Of a DNA stretch of 64,000 bases, positions 52,441 through 64,000 are shown piece by piece. The DNA lies in assembly GCF_009834535.1 (NCBI RefSeq), contig NC_045697.1, positions 108,502,001-108,566,000 on the forward strand. Direction: 5' to 3'. This DNA is from Camelus ferus (Eukaryota). Each line of letters begins with the position of its first letter. Position 1 is the first letter of the stretch. The translations under genes were made by a program, and so were the position numbers. The notes beneath the pieces are model-generated. The model was given only the letters and a program-made list of their open reading frames with translations. It was not told where the DNA came from and ran no database searches.

Positions 52441-54419
52441 TGAAAAAGAATGAAGTTCCTTGCAGCTTTAAGAATACAGCACAGTTCTAATAGCACCAAG
52501 TACACTGCCAGAATTCTTGTAATGTGGTGGGTTGTCAATTTGGTGAGCCTTTCTTTATTATAGTTTAGTAAGTAGCTACAGTTTTACAAAATATATCTAT
52601 AAATAAAATTCACTGATTCCATTCTCTTATGTGTTTATCTTCTAAAAACAGGCATCTAACCTTGTATTGTGAATACGTATTTGTGTTATATAATAAGAAA
52701 AGATTTTCAATGACACAAGTTACAGGCATAATTTTTTAAAATATGATATTAAATATGAAATTCAAGAAAAAATATCAGAATTTTTCTGATTACATATTAT
52801 TCTATAATATTTTTAATGTATTTCTCCTTTCCTACTTACTATAAGTGGCATAAACAGTGACATAGAGAGTATATTTGATTTTGTTTTTAATGAGTAAACT
52901 TTGGGTTTTATTTCCATATTTGCGTCTCAGGATTTTAATTGTTAATATTAAAAATGATACTTTTCCTCATTCTTTCATTAAGCATTTAAAGAAATATTTG
53001 TGATAAAACAAAAATCCAACTATTGCATTGAGTTTTTTAAGTATTTCAAAAATGCCCAGTATGAAGTCCTCAATAACTATAACATAACTTGTCTCAAGAT
53101 TAAGTTTAACTCTTACAGTCTGTGCTGGGTTACCCCAGCTGTTAAATTGGTCTTTCACAGCTGCTCCTCAAGAATTTAGCAGATGATTATTATAGTTACA
53201 CCTTTAAGTCAACTATGACAAAAATGACATAGTAATTACAGGTATTTCAGTCATGCAAAAGCCTCATGTGATGACAGAGTGATTTAAAAGCAACTTAATT
53301 TCCCACAATTCTCCAAATAAAATTTAAGTGTAAGAAAGAAGACAAAAATTTTTTTAATATCAGTTGTTTAAGGTCCATGATTTAAATTACTTTTATGAAG
53401 AAACTTAAGCATAAAAGTGTCATTAACCTTTCAGTTAAACTAAATATAATTTATCATTTATTTTTCCTATAAAAATTCTGAAGAGTGTTGTAGGCCAGGG
53501 AGTAATAAATAAGGACATAATACTAATAATTATTTTAAAGCACAGTAAGTAATGTAGGTGGTTTTTTCTAAGCTTAAAAAAACTAAGCTATAATGCAGGA
53601 AGGTCACCAAATTGATGGCTTAATACTTTGTAGGAATTTATCCTATGAAAAATAAAATGGAAATATAAGATATTTGACAGTGTTAACAATTAAAGAAGCA
53701 AAATAGTAAGGGGGGGGAGATAATCATGTTTCCCCACTGTTGAGAGTTTCTGATGCAATTTTAAGTAAAAATTAATTATTTTGAGTGAGATGAATTCCAC
53801 AACTTCAATTATATAATTTTCAGTAACATGCTATTAAAACATGTGAGACTTAACAGTATTCACTGAATAAATTATTCATTATAAATATTCACTTGTCAGT
53901 ACTCACCTCAGCATCAAATTTAAGAACAGAATTAACTTTATGCATAGAAAATACTTTAATATGGAATTTAGCTATAGAAAATACATATTTAGGGTCTCAC
54001 TCTTGGATGAGCTGACAATTGATAGCCCTGGCCTTTTTACACTGTGAAAAGTACATAATTCAACAAAATACATCATCTGATATGTATCATTATTAATTTC
54101 ATAGCTGAAGTTTAAATTAAACTGACAGTCTAAGTTTTTATTCTTCCAATAAATAAAACACTATTTATCAAGAAAGATTAAAAACAAAGACAAACAAAAC
54201 TCAATCCCTATAACCCTTGATTATGCCTGAAACAGAAAGATCTAGGGATGGAAGGAGAAAGCCAGGGATGCTAGGAGACTGACTACCAGAGATCAACAGG
54301 AGATGTAAAGAGATATAAAGGACGTCTGCAGCTACAGAGCTCAGAAAAAATACACATTATTTCAGATTGGTACAATGACGTGAGGGAAGGATTAAACACG
54401 GACAGAGTTCCTAGTAGAT

Positions 54420-54580
54420 CATGCTTTTTATTTCACTTAAATGTCATGACAAGGCTGTGAAGTATCACTATCCGACATTTTATAGACAAGGAAACTGAGG
54501 TTCAGAAAGGTTTAAAAATTTGCCCAAGGTAACACAGCTGCCAGGCAGTGGAGCTGAGATTTTTTTACCCTAGTATATCT
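54420..54580 (-). mobile_element. MIR SINE
   Basis: cattttatagacaaggaaactgaggttcagaaaggtttaaaaatttgcccaaggtaacacagct. Confidence 0.8.
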
Positions 54581-54853
54581 AATTCCTGATTTGTAATAGA
54601 ACATATATTCTATTCTATAGAATGTTAGGCCTAACCTAGTTGTATTACTTTCTAAATCTAGTTGTTTGGAGATTCACTTTTTATTACGTATGTTTCAGAT
54701 ATGTAAGTTTGCTAGGATAACAGAAATAAAGTACTACATAAGGGGTGTGTGTGTGTTGTGTGTGTGTGTAAATGGGATCTGTTTTAATGAGCTTGATTTT
54801 CCTCTACAAATGAAAACAAAAACAGTTCTAAGAGCAAAGATGTCATGACCTCC

Positions 54854-55345
54854 TATAGTGAGCTGTATTTCTCAAAGATGGTCACAGCAATATCCCCCAT
54901 CTTCGCATGCTCTTCTTACAATGTACTACGACACTCCTTTCAACCAAGACAGAAGGTGATTTCCTAGGCTAAGTCATAAAAAGGAGATTCCGTTTCCACC
55001 TTGCCTGCTGGAATACTTACAAGGTAGCTCTGTTGTAAGTAGTGTGATTGCCCTGAGGCCATTATGCTGTGAAGAAGCCCAAACAAGCCCAGGTTAAAAA
55101 AAGACCTTATCTGGATGAGTCCTGAGACTCTATTAAGAGTGAGATTCTTGGCTAGCCCTCAGCTGTTCTAGACCCCTGCTGTTCCACCTCCAATCACCAT
55201 CTGACTGCAACCCTGAATCAAAAATGCCCAAAGTGATCCCTTCCTAAACTCATAACCTACAAGAACAATGAGAAATAATAAATAATTGTTTGTTACAATC
55301 ATAAAGCTTTGGGGTGATGGTTAGGTGACAGCAGATAACTGAAAC
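54854..55345 (+). mobile_element. MaLR solo LTR (MLT1G/H-like)
   Basis: caaagatggtcacagc...ttcctaggctaagtcataaaaagg...ccattatgctgtgaagaagcccaa...tttggggtgatggtt...gcagataactgaaaca. Confidence 0.8.
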
Positions 55346-57374
55346 ATCTTACAAAACAAGGAGCACCAAAAACATGGGTTTACTGTTGCAATATGATACT
55401 ACATCCTACTAGAATTTTAACTTCAAAATTTAATAAGAACGGCAAAGATAACAGGAAAACAATGGAAAAGATAATTTCTAGAATGAAAATTTAAATGAAT
55501 AGGTATCTGGAGGGGCAAAAGCTTTGGTGTCAAATTCTCACCTTGATAATACCCATTAGAAATGAGGTGTTTAGCAAATCTCTAGCTATATTAATAGTAA
55601 ACTTGACAAACTGCTATGTATTTCTTTGACTTGGATTTACATCCAAACTAGTTTGATATGTGACAAATAAAAGAAAAATCAACTTACTTTTGCATTTCCT
55701 ACAATTATGCTTTTGTCTTTATTCTAAGCAAACTCAAAATAACTAGAGGAGCAGGCAGGTTAAACAAAAAACAGAGAGAGAGAGAGAGATCAGTTGTTTA
55801 AGGCCTGGAAAGCCCATTTAAAAGGTGCGATTGATTGTTGTCATATAAGCACATGGACGCAAGTAAGGCCACACAGTCCATCCACAATTGCAAAAGAAAG
55901 TGAAAAATCAGTATTTTATATGAACTCTCCAGATTTTTAAACCTTGGCAACAAATTTAAATGTGTTTTAAAAAATACTATGTAAGACACTAGTTTGCAAT
56001 CTCTGCTCTGTTATTTTCTGGAGTAAAGAGGCATAAAAATGTAATAAAGATTAAATATAAGATTACTGATATCTGAATGATATAGAATAATAATTTTATC
56101 TTAAAGTGTTAAACTTCTTTTTCTATACCAGTTAACAGAGTGAAATAATAAATAAGAAATAAACCAGAAAACCGAAACTGTAAGTGGTAAACATTACAGA
56201 CGTACCTCAGCATATCTAATTTTGTCACTTATTAGACCCTAAGACAGATGGCAGCACACTGGTGAAGTACAAACAATTCACTCTTGACAATTAAATTCAT
56301 AATGCAGACATATAAAACCAACATCTATAAAGCAAATGAGTAACTCTTGGCACTTAGTTCCCAAATTCACCAGTATTTTCTTCGTACTTCCATTTTTCAT
56401 TTGCACCTGATTTCAATAACTGGAAATTGCCATTTCAGACCAGAAACACAGGGGAAAAAAAGCATTTTCCACTTTGAAAGTAAAGCATCTGCTAAAGGCA
56501 ATTGTTATTCTAAAGTACAGAAGCTACCTTTAATAGCATCAGAAAAGACCAAATGAACAGAAGGACATGGTACATTTCAATGAAATAAATCTTTTGGGGA
56601 CCTCCCCCAACTAATCTTATACATTATTTTTAGCCCTGGTGATCTATGAAAATTGTCAGCATTCTTCTATTTACATTTCAGGTAATTAGAGGTTGAAGTT
56701 TACATGCAAGGTGCCACCCTGACAATTCTACATTAGATATATCTAGTAGCTTATACTAACATTTTACAAAATTTATTCACTAAAATACATCCCAAATAGA
56801 GATTATTTTAACCTGACTGAAACTATTCTTCTATTTGTAATGACTGCTTTTGTTTATTTATAATAATCTCTAAACTGTGAAAAACGTAGGCATTTTCTAT
56901 AGTATCAAGTAGTAATTCTAGAATGTCTACAAAAGTACCAAAGAGAATCTGGTTCCAGCTATTCAAGAACACCCAAGTATCATTATAGAATAAACTAGCA
57001 TAATAGAACAGAATTAGTCCTTCTGTGAGGACTCAAAGCCCCAAGACTACCAAATACACTTTTACGTTTTCTTTCAAATTCCTTCTACGCTCAATATTAA
57101 CAACCAAAGGAAGAAAACAAAATAAAAACACTTGTCAGACAGCAAAAGCGCTTCACTGTTAGTACTAACAAAATTTATAATATCAAAGAGTTGGACTGCA
57201 CGTTAAAAGTCACAGTAATTTAAACAAAAATCAGTGGATCGGTTTCAACTCACCTAAGAGAGATCATATCTCTGAAACTAAAAGTATTTTGCATAGCATT
57301 ATTTAGCCTGGACTAGTTTGTTAAGCTAGCTTTAGCACAGTCTTGTGGCATTACAATAAAGCTTAAGAAATACA

Positions 57375-57605
57375 ATAGCTAATACTTATTAAGGACTTAC
57401 TATCTGCCAGTTACTTTCTAAGTACTTTACAAACATTATCTTATTGAATCCTCTCAATAACACTATATTATTATGATACTACTACCATCTTTAAAATAAC
57501 TCTACAAGAGGGGTTAACAGTTTACCCAAGATTAAAGTGCCATGAAGTAACAGAGCTAGTATTTGAAAACTCCAGTCTGACTTCAGAGATCACAATCTCT
57601 ACTTA
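57375..57605 (-). mobile_element. MIR SINE
   Basis: aatagctaatacttattaaggacttactatctgccag...ttctaagtactttaca...cagagctagtatttgaa...cagtctgacttcagag. Confidence 0.75.
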
Positions 57606-57715
57606 CCACAACTGATAAGCACTGGTGCGTTTGTTAGATGTTACCTTATTGAGGGCACAGTCTACTTCATCATGAAGCCCCATGTGAGAAATTCCTTTTA
57701 TATTGTATTAGGAAA

Positions 57716-57717
<2 letters not shown>

Positions 57718-57760
<43 letters not shown>

Positions 57761-57774
57761 CGTGTGCGTGTGTG
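57718..57774. repeat. (TG)n/(CG) alternating purine-pyrimidine microsatellite
   Basis: About 19 perfect GT units followed by gcgtgcgtgtgcgtgtgtg. Confidence 0.95.
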
Positions 57775-57859
57775 ACTGACACGTTTTCTCTTGAGAGGAC
57801 TCAGCACTCTCTCCTCTTAATTTTATCACAAGGAAGCACAGAGACAAACTAATAAGCTA

Positions 57860-58022
57860 CTGTTGTGCAAACTTTAGCCTCCATTAGAATCATGTGGGAG
57901 CGTGTTAAAAATATCCTGCCCTTAGAGATTTGGCTAAGTACTTCTGGAGTGTAACCCAGCAGCTTGCATTTTTAGTATGCATTCCAGATGGTTCTGATGG
58001 GTCACACTTTGAAGAATACTGG
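57860..58022. mobile_element. MER5-like remnant
   Basis: cattagaatcatgtgggagcgtgttaaaaata...tgcattttta...gttctgatg...cacactttgaagaatactg. Confidence 0.5.
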
Positions 58023-58479
58023 TGCAGGCCCTTATGAGTCGCTAACCGGTAACCTATTAACAGCTTACTCCAACTCATAATTCATTCCTTAACTCTTCTC
58101 ATGGTCTTGTCTTCATAGTCTACTCCAGTATTTTTCCTGGTTCTGATTTCCATGTACACTTGATCGCTTTATTATATGTATTTCTCCCATATACAGCCCA
58201 TCTCAAATTCCTTGTGAAAATTAGGATACAAATTTCTTTTAAATGCGGCTAATTCATCTGGCAGCTCAATGCCTAAAACCAGTATATAAATTCATAAAGA
58301 AAAAGTCCTTAGGTCCCTGCTAAGACACTTGATACACTATGTATGTTGCACTTCCACTCCAACCGCCTCAATGCCCTTAATGGATGTGCACCGGGTGCAA
58401 ACTGTTTTAATTCTGCAATGAGTGATGAACAGCTCACTCTTCTTCCATATATAGTGTCCACTGAAAATAGGTGGTCCAT

Positions 58480-58730
58480 AGGTCAAACCAACCCACAGAA
58501 ATGCTTTTGAAAAATGTATATGCCAACATGTAAAAAATTGAGAAATTATCACAGAAAAATATGGAACTCCAGTGAATTTTGAAAAATTGGAAAATACGGC
58601 AATGTCAGAATCACAGTTTTCACAGTCATCCCCTTTAGAGATGCTTTGGCTCCCTGGGTCTTATATTTAGTCTGTTTCATTCATTTAAATTACCTTTCTG
58701 GCCCCTATGCCTCTTGAATTTGTGTCTCCT
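58480..58730. mobile_element. MER102-like hAT remnant
   Basis: tcattcatttaaattacctttctggcccctatgcctcttgaatttgtgtctcct resembles the MER102 end. Confidence 0.5.
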
Positions 58731-61589
58731 ATGAACTATGATGGGGGAATAAGTGAGGTTAAGAAGATTTTCTGGTTGAAAATCAGTTCAGCATAGTCAA
58801 GGAATCTCTGATGGAAATTAGTTATAATACAAGTACAGGTAAATGGTATTGTAGAAACACTTCTAGTATTCATACTAACCTGTTTTTCCCAAACCTTCTG
58901 ACCTTTTAGGCAATCAAAGTGATCTTTTACCTTTGTAAATTACCACATACCATCAGTTCTCACTTGCCCTTCCCCCATTAACCTCTCTAAAATGCAATGC
59001 CCTTATAGTGGATGTACTGCATGCATTCAACACAGCAATGTGCCTTAACACCTCACTCTCCTCACTCCCATAAAAGCTAGTATGAAACTGGCACATCTTA
59101 GAAGAAAAATGGCAATTCTTTCAGAGCTTAATAATATTGCTAAATTGAACCAAATTTTAACTAGTAAAGCTAATGTTTTCTCCAGATACATGTTAAAAAT
59201 GCAAAACTTTAATGTCTTCAATCCATCGACTGCATCTAATATTTCTTCTTCTCAAGTAGGAAGAGGTTAGGTGTTTCTCACCATATCCAGATACCAATCT
59301 GTTTTTTTCCCCTTGTTTACGTTACTGACTAATTAACATTCACCAAATAAATTATGCTATTAATAGCTAATTTTACTACCTGAGCAAAAAGAACAGAATT
59401 TAAGCTCTGTATTTAATGACTTAAGCTAATGTTAATCTTTTAAAATACAGCAATAAGTATGGTTTTCAGAAAATGGTAGTGATCCAAAGGCTATACTTAA
59501 GCTGCTGAACTTCTTTTTAGAAGCCATCAAAGATAAATAGTAGCCCATAGGTCAAGTGTCGCTCAAAGTCAGTTTTTTTGGAGGCTGCACAATGTTTTTC
59601 TATTTCCTTTTTACTGAATGTTAGCACCTTTTAGGGAAGGCATGTGCCTTGTAGTTCATAAGAGCCTGAGCAATCTTACTGGCTCAATCATGACTTTGTT
59701 CACTCATTCACAGCACCTGTTTGGGACCTGTAGATTGTATTTCTCATTTTGTCATCCCAAGCAAGCAAAAGAAATTGAGGAAGAAGAGGTGTTTGCTCAA
59801 ATATTCTTTAGTTCAGAATGTTCAGGCTATGCCCTGAAATATTACCTTCAATGTTAACAAAAGAGAAAATGTGAACAAGGGAGAGAGCCTCTTGGAGGGA
59901 TCATTCTTTTCTCACATCTACGCTGAGGATGCTCAGAGCAACGAACAATGACAAGAGTTTTGTTTTTAATGCACTGATGTGCAGATACTTGAGAAATTTT
60001 CAAAAAGCTTACACATATTCCCAAAATACAGTAAGTTTGGGCGCATATGTACTTTTACCACAGGGCTCACTCTTCACCTTTTGTTGTTACTGCCGTTTAA
60101 AAATAGCAAAACAAATATATGCTAGCTGAGGGTTAAAAAAAAGGACAATCCTAGGTATCTCACGTATTACATGACACTGTACATAACTACTCCAAATATT
60201 AATTTCTAATTCTAAACAAGAAATAGTGTACTAGAACACAAAGTAGAAGAGAGAACAGTACTTACTAAACATATTTAAATACATTAAAAGCAGCTCTTTC
60301 ATCAACAGCAATAAGGTGCTGTATGGCCCTCTAGTGTTCAATAAAGAAACAGATGAATTCTTAATGGTGTTTCATATTAAAAAAAAAAAAAAACTTCCTC
60401 TGATTTACTAAGTACGCTAAACATATTCATGTATGACTTCCACACAGACCCAAATGTGTTGTATCATCTCTGGATTTACTTCTGTGTTTTCTTTTGAACT
60501 GCTATCCATGTTTAGAGTATCCACTGAAAGAATTATGAAATGTCCTTAAAGACTTACCATTAAAAAGAAAATCTCAATCCTAAATGGAAAAGAAATAGCA
60601 TTTCTCAATTAAAACTAAACAGTATTGAATTTTCAAATAATAAACAAAAATAATAGTGCCATGATACAAATTAGGTAGGCATTTAAAATGCAACTAATCT
60701 AAATTCGCAAATCATATTTTCTTTTATCTGTGTTCTATTTCTATAATTCATCCAACTTGGTTTTTCCCTTTATCATAATTTATAGATAATAGACATTCAT
60801 TACAGCAACCAAAGCAATGAAATACATGAAAATTGTATCCCCCAGAAGAAAGGTCAAAGATGAGACTGAGATTTTTGGGACAAGAGTCAAAGTAAAAAAG
60901 TAGACTCACAAGCAAATTAAGATTGTAATCACTGGTGAAAAGGTTTAAAAATTGATCATTACTTTTTATTCCATAAAAGTTGATTATCACTGTCTAAATA
61001 AACTTGATGAAACACTAATTTCAAAATGGACCTAAGTTTATTACAGGTTTTTAAAACATGTATTTATATTTATTGTTTATATATTGGAGCTTTGGAGAGG
61101 GAAGGCAAGGACTGGTATAAGCAAGATCTAAAGTATATCCCCCTGGCCCTGTCATTCACTTCCTATAACCTTAAGCATATAATATTTCTGAGTTAAAACT
61201 TCAGAAACCACAGGGAAGATCTGAAGCTTTTGTACTTGGCATCAAGATCAGTCCCCCAAATGTCAAGGTAGTAAGTTGACTCCAGCATGGAAACTCTGCA
61301 AATGAACCCTCAAAGTACCATTTAGCCAGTCAGTAAATTATTAGAAACAGGTAGGATAAAAAGAAAATTTAAACAAATTTGCCCAATATAAACCCATATA
61401 GATATCTGGAATAAATTCAGTCAGTCACCTAGAAAGGCTCTATACTTACTTCTAAAAATTCTGCCACTATTCAAAAAAGTTATGACTCCTCATTTTCATT
61501 TCTTTACAGCCTCCCAAAATCTTATCTATCCTTTAGGTCCCAGCCTAGTTTTCACTTCCTCACTGAAGATACCACTGATTTAATTATTT

Positions 61590-61805
61590 GAATGTGGATA
61601 TAAATGCCTTGAGAACTACAAACTGGGAATGACTGTGAATCTGCTGGAAGATAGAATTTTGATACAAAACAATCTTAGTAAAGAAGAACTTGGTAAAGAA
61701 GGAGCCAAAAGGTAAACTTAGCGAGGATGGAGGCACAATGGCAAGTAACAATAGAAAATCTAATAGGGACCAATTAAAAATCTTGTACTTAGGTTCAAAA
61801 ATCTA
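61590..61805 (+). mobile_element. CR1/L3 LINE fragment
   Basis: ctggaagatagaattttgatacaaaacaatctt...aatagggaccaattaaaaatcttgtacttaggttcaaaa. Confidence 0.5.
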
Positions 61806-62332
61806 TAAGCATTTACATTAAGTGGAACAGGAATTAAGCCAGGCTGTGTTTGTAAAAAATACATAAGATTTTGTTTTCTGGAAATCGAATTCAATTTTTT
61901 AAGCATTTTCTGCACGCAAAGTACAAGGTCCTGTAAGACACAGCACAATCTTAGAGAATCTACAATCTAATGAATCAATAATCTAGAGAATCAGCAATCT
62001 AAATATACATGAATTAAAAAAAAAAAAAACCAAAGCTGTCTATAACTATCACAAAATACATCAAAAACTAAGACCTAGTGGAGATACAGAATTTTGCTCA
62101 GAGTTCTATGAAATATCCTTAAAGCAGGTGAGATTTGAAAAAGATCTTAGAAAGAAACATAGAAATCTGAAGGAGGCTATAGGATGAGGAAGACATTTAA
62201 AAGATAAGGAAAAAGGTATCAAAGATAAGGTACAAAGGTATCAAAGTAGCCTGAATTCCTCTATGCTCAGAAATGTCAAACAAATTGCTGCTGCTGAGGT
62301 ACAGAGTAGGACAGAAACAAGCTGAAGGAAAT

Positions 62333-63065
62333 AAGATCAGGAACAAGGCAAGGATGTCTTGTCTAATTTCAATATTGTACTGGGAATCCTAGCTAACGCA
62401 GTAAGGCAAGAAAAGAAAATAAAGAACATGTAGATTAGGAAGAAATAATTTAGTCACATATGACACGATCATCTATGAAGAAAATCAGAAAGAATCAACA
62501 ACAAAAACAACAAAAAAAAATTCTGGAACTAATAAGCGACTATAGCAAGGATACAGGATACAAGGTTAATACACAAAGGTCAACCACCTTCCTATATATC
62601 AGCAATGAACGAGTGAATTTGAAATTAAAAACATGTTATCCTTTACAATAGCACCCCCTCAAATGAAACACCTAGGCATAAATCTAACAAAATAAGCACA
62701 AGATCTGTATGAGGAAAACTGCAAGACTCTGATGAAAGATAAAGAACTAACTAAATGGAGAGATAGAGTCCATGTTCTTAGATATGAAGACTTATTATTG
62801 TCAAGATGTCAGTTTTTCACCATCTGATGTGATTCAATGCAATCCCAACTAAAATCCAAGAAAGTAATTTTGTGGATACTGATAAGCTGATTCTAAAGTT
62901 TATATGGAGAGACAAAAGACCCAGAATACTCAATTCAATATTGAAAGAAAAGACCAAAGTCAGAGGACTAACACCATTCAACTTCAAGGATTAATATAAA
63001 GCTACCATAATCAAGACAGTGTGGTACTGGTAAACAAATAGACAAATGGATCAAAAGAACAAAAT
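62333..63065 (+). mobile_element. L1M ORF2 (RT region) fragment, left part
   Basis: aagatcaggaacaaggcaaggatg..., LELISDYSKDTGYKVNTQRS, aaagctaccataatcaagacagtgtggtactgg. Confidence 0.92.
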
Positions 63066-63690
63066 GTCCTCATTTTCCTTTCCAAACTTGTTTTATTGAT
63101 AATGTGCAAGCATTTCTCAGCAATAAGTAGGTCTTGTAGCTTGTAATAATGAGCTTATCACCATTTAGGTTTACCTCATCACGTTGGAAGGAATCTCTCA
63201 CTGATCACAAGAACAAAGATGCAAATCTTGACACGGGAAAAAGAAACCCAGTAAAGTAAATGAATAAGAAAAAATATGCAAGAGCAACACTGGATAAATC
63301 CCTGCCTTGCTGATGACCATGTCATCTTACATGGACATAACGAGGTCAATAAAAATGATCACATCATATGTTTGCACAGCCTTTTAAAACTTGCAAAGCA
63401 TTTCACATTCATTACCTCATTTAAACTCTACACAACCATTTGCAATAAGAACAGGTACCATATTCCTAGTTTAATGATGAAGAAATGAGCTCAAGGAGAT
63501 GGTGAGAGAGAGCAGATAGGACTTCTTACCTCCTATTCTTTTCAGCACACAACTCTGCCTAATGTTACATACCCAACCTATACACCAGGGTTGTAATCAA
63601 CAGAGAAAAGCTATCCAACAATGAATTTCATAGGTTACCCTATAAAAGTAGAGAAAGATGTTGTGGATACAAAAAAAAAAAAAAAAATTT

Positions 63691-64000
63691 ACAAAATAAA
63701 GGGTCCAGAAACAGACCTACATAAATATCTTTGACAAAGGAGCAAAGGCAATACAATGAAACAGTCTGTCTATTCAACAAATGGAGCTGAACAACCAGAC
63801 ATGCACATGCCAAAATTAACTCAAAATGTATCATAGACCTAAATGTAAAACACAAAACTATAAAACTCCTAGAAGATAATATAGAAGAAAACGTAGATGA
63901 CCTTGGACATGCTGAAGACTTTCTAAATACAACACTTAAGATACAATCTATGGAAGAAATAACTGATAACCTGGACTTCTTTAAAATTAAAAACTGTTCT
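63691..64000 (+). mobile_element. L1M ORF2 fragment, right part (continues off window)
   Basis: ccagaaacagacctacata...tttgacaaaggagcaaaggcaatacaatg...atagacctaaatgtaaaacacaaaactataaaactcctagaag. Confidence 0.92.

Noticed and set aside
62200..62246. Imperfect short tandem repeats (also about 22054-22080, 35945-35990, 47858-47912)
   Set aside because: Ordinary slippage duplications with no evident function.
767..63855. The many other 60-105 aa ORFs in the track
   Set aside because: Short, compositionally biased (F/L/I/K-rich), often with non-ATG starts or inside repeats, and with no recognisable domains. This is what AT-rich intron yields by chance.
46580..64000. FBXW7 alpha coding exon and the circFBXW7 exons
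   Set aside because: No acidic Glu/Gln-rich MNQELLSVG-type ORF is seen; expected beyond the right edge.
1..64000. CRISPR arrays, operons, prokaryotic or viral systems, rRNA, snoRNA or miRNA genes
   Set aside because: The DNA is eukaryotic intron with no repeat-spacer periodicity and no RNA gene I can recognise. An Infernal/Rfam scan would be needed to exclude small RNAs.

Overview
AT-rich, CpG-depleted mammalian genomic DNA lying entirely inside the FBXW7 gene (F-box/WD40 substrate receptor of SCF ubiquitin ligases), which is transcribed on the minus strand. The window holds two alternative first coding exons, gamma (46433-46579) and beta (17917-18177). It also holds the first three shared coding exons (15368-15450, 12201-12342, 3229-3363), which have canonical GT-AG sites and compatible phases. 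The alpha-specific exon and the F-box/WD40 exons are not present and should lie beyond the right and left edges respectively. The rest is intron with old eutherian repeats (L1M, L2, MIR, CR1, hAT/MER, MaLR, ERV1 LTR) and two short tRNA-derived SINEs resembling camelid Vic-1, suggesting camel, llama or alpaca. I find no new multi-gene system. The notable signals are extra information layered on FBXW7: a p53 element inside the beta coding exon, stacked out-of-frame AUGs and uORFs, a DEspR/FBXW7-AS1-like antisense frame broken by one TGA, two candidate poison exons, a candidate intronic polyadenylation site, a (UG)21 tract after the beta donor, and a poly(A)-tailed orphan insertion splitting an L1. 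Repeat names and comparisons with human or rodent sequences are from memory, not from a search.
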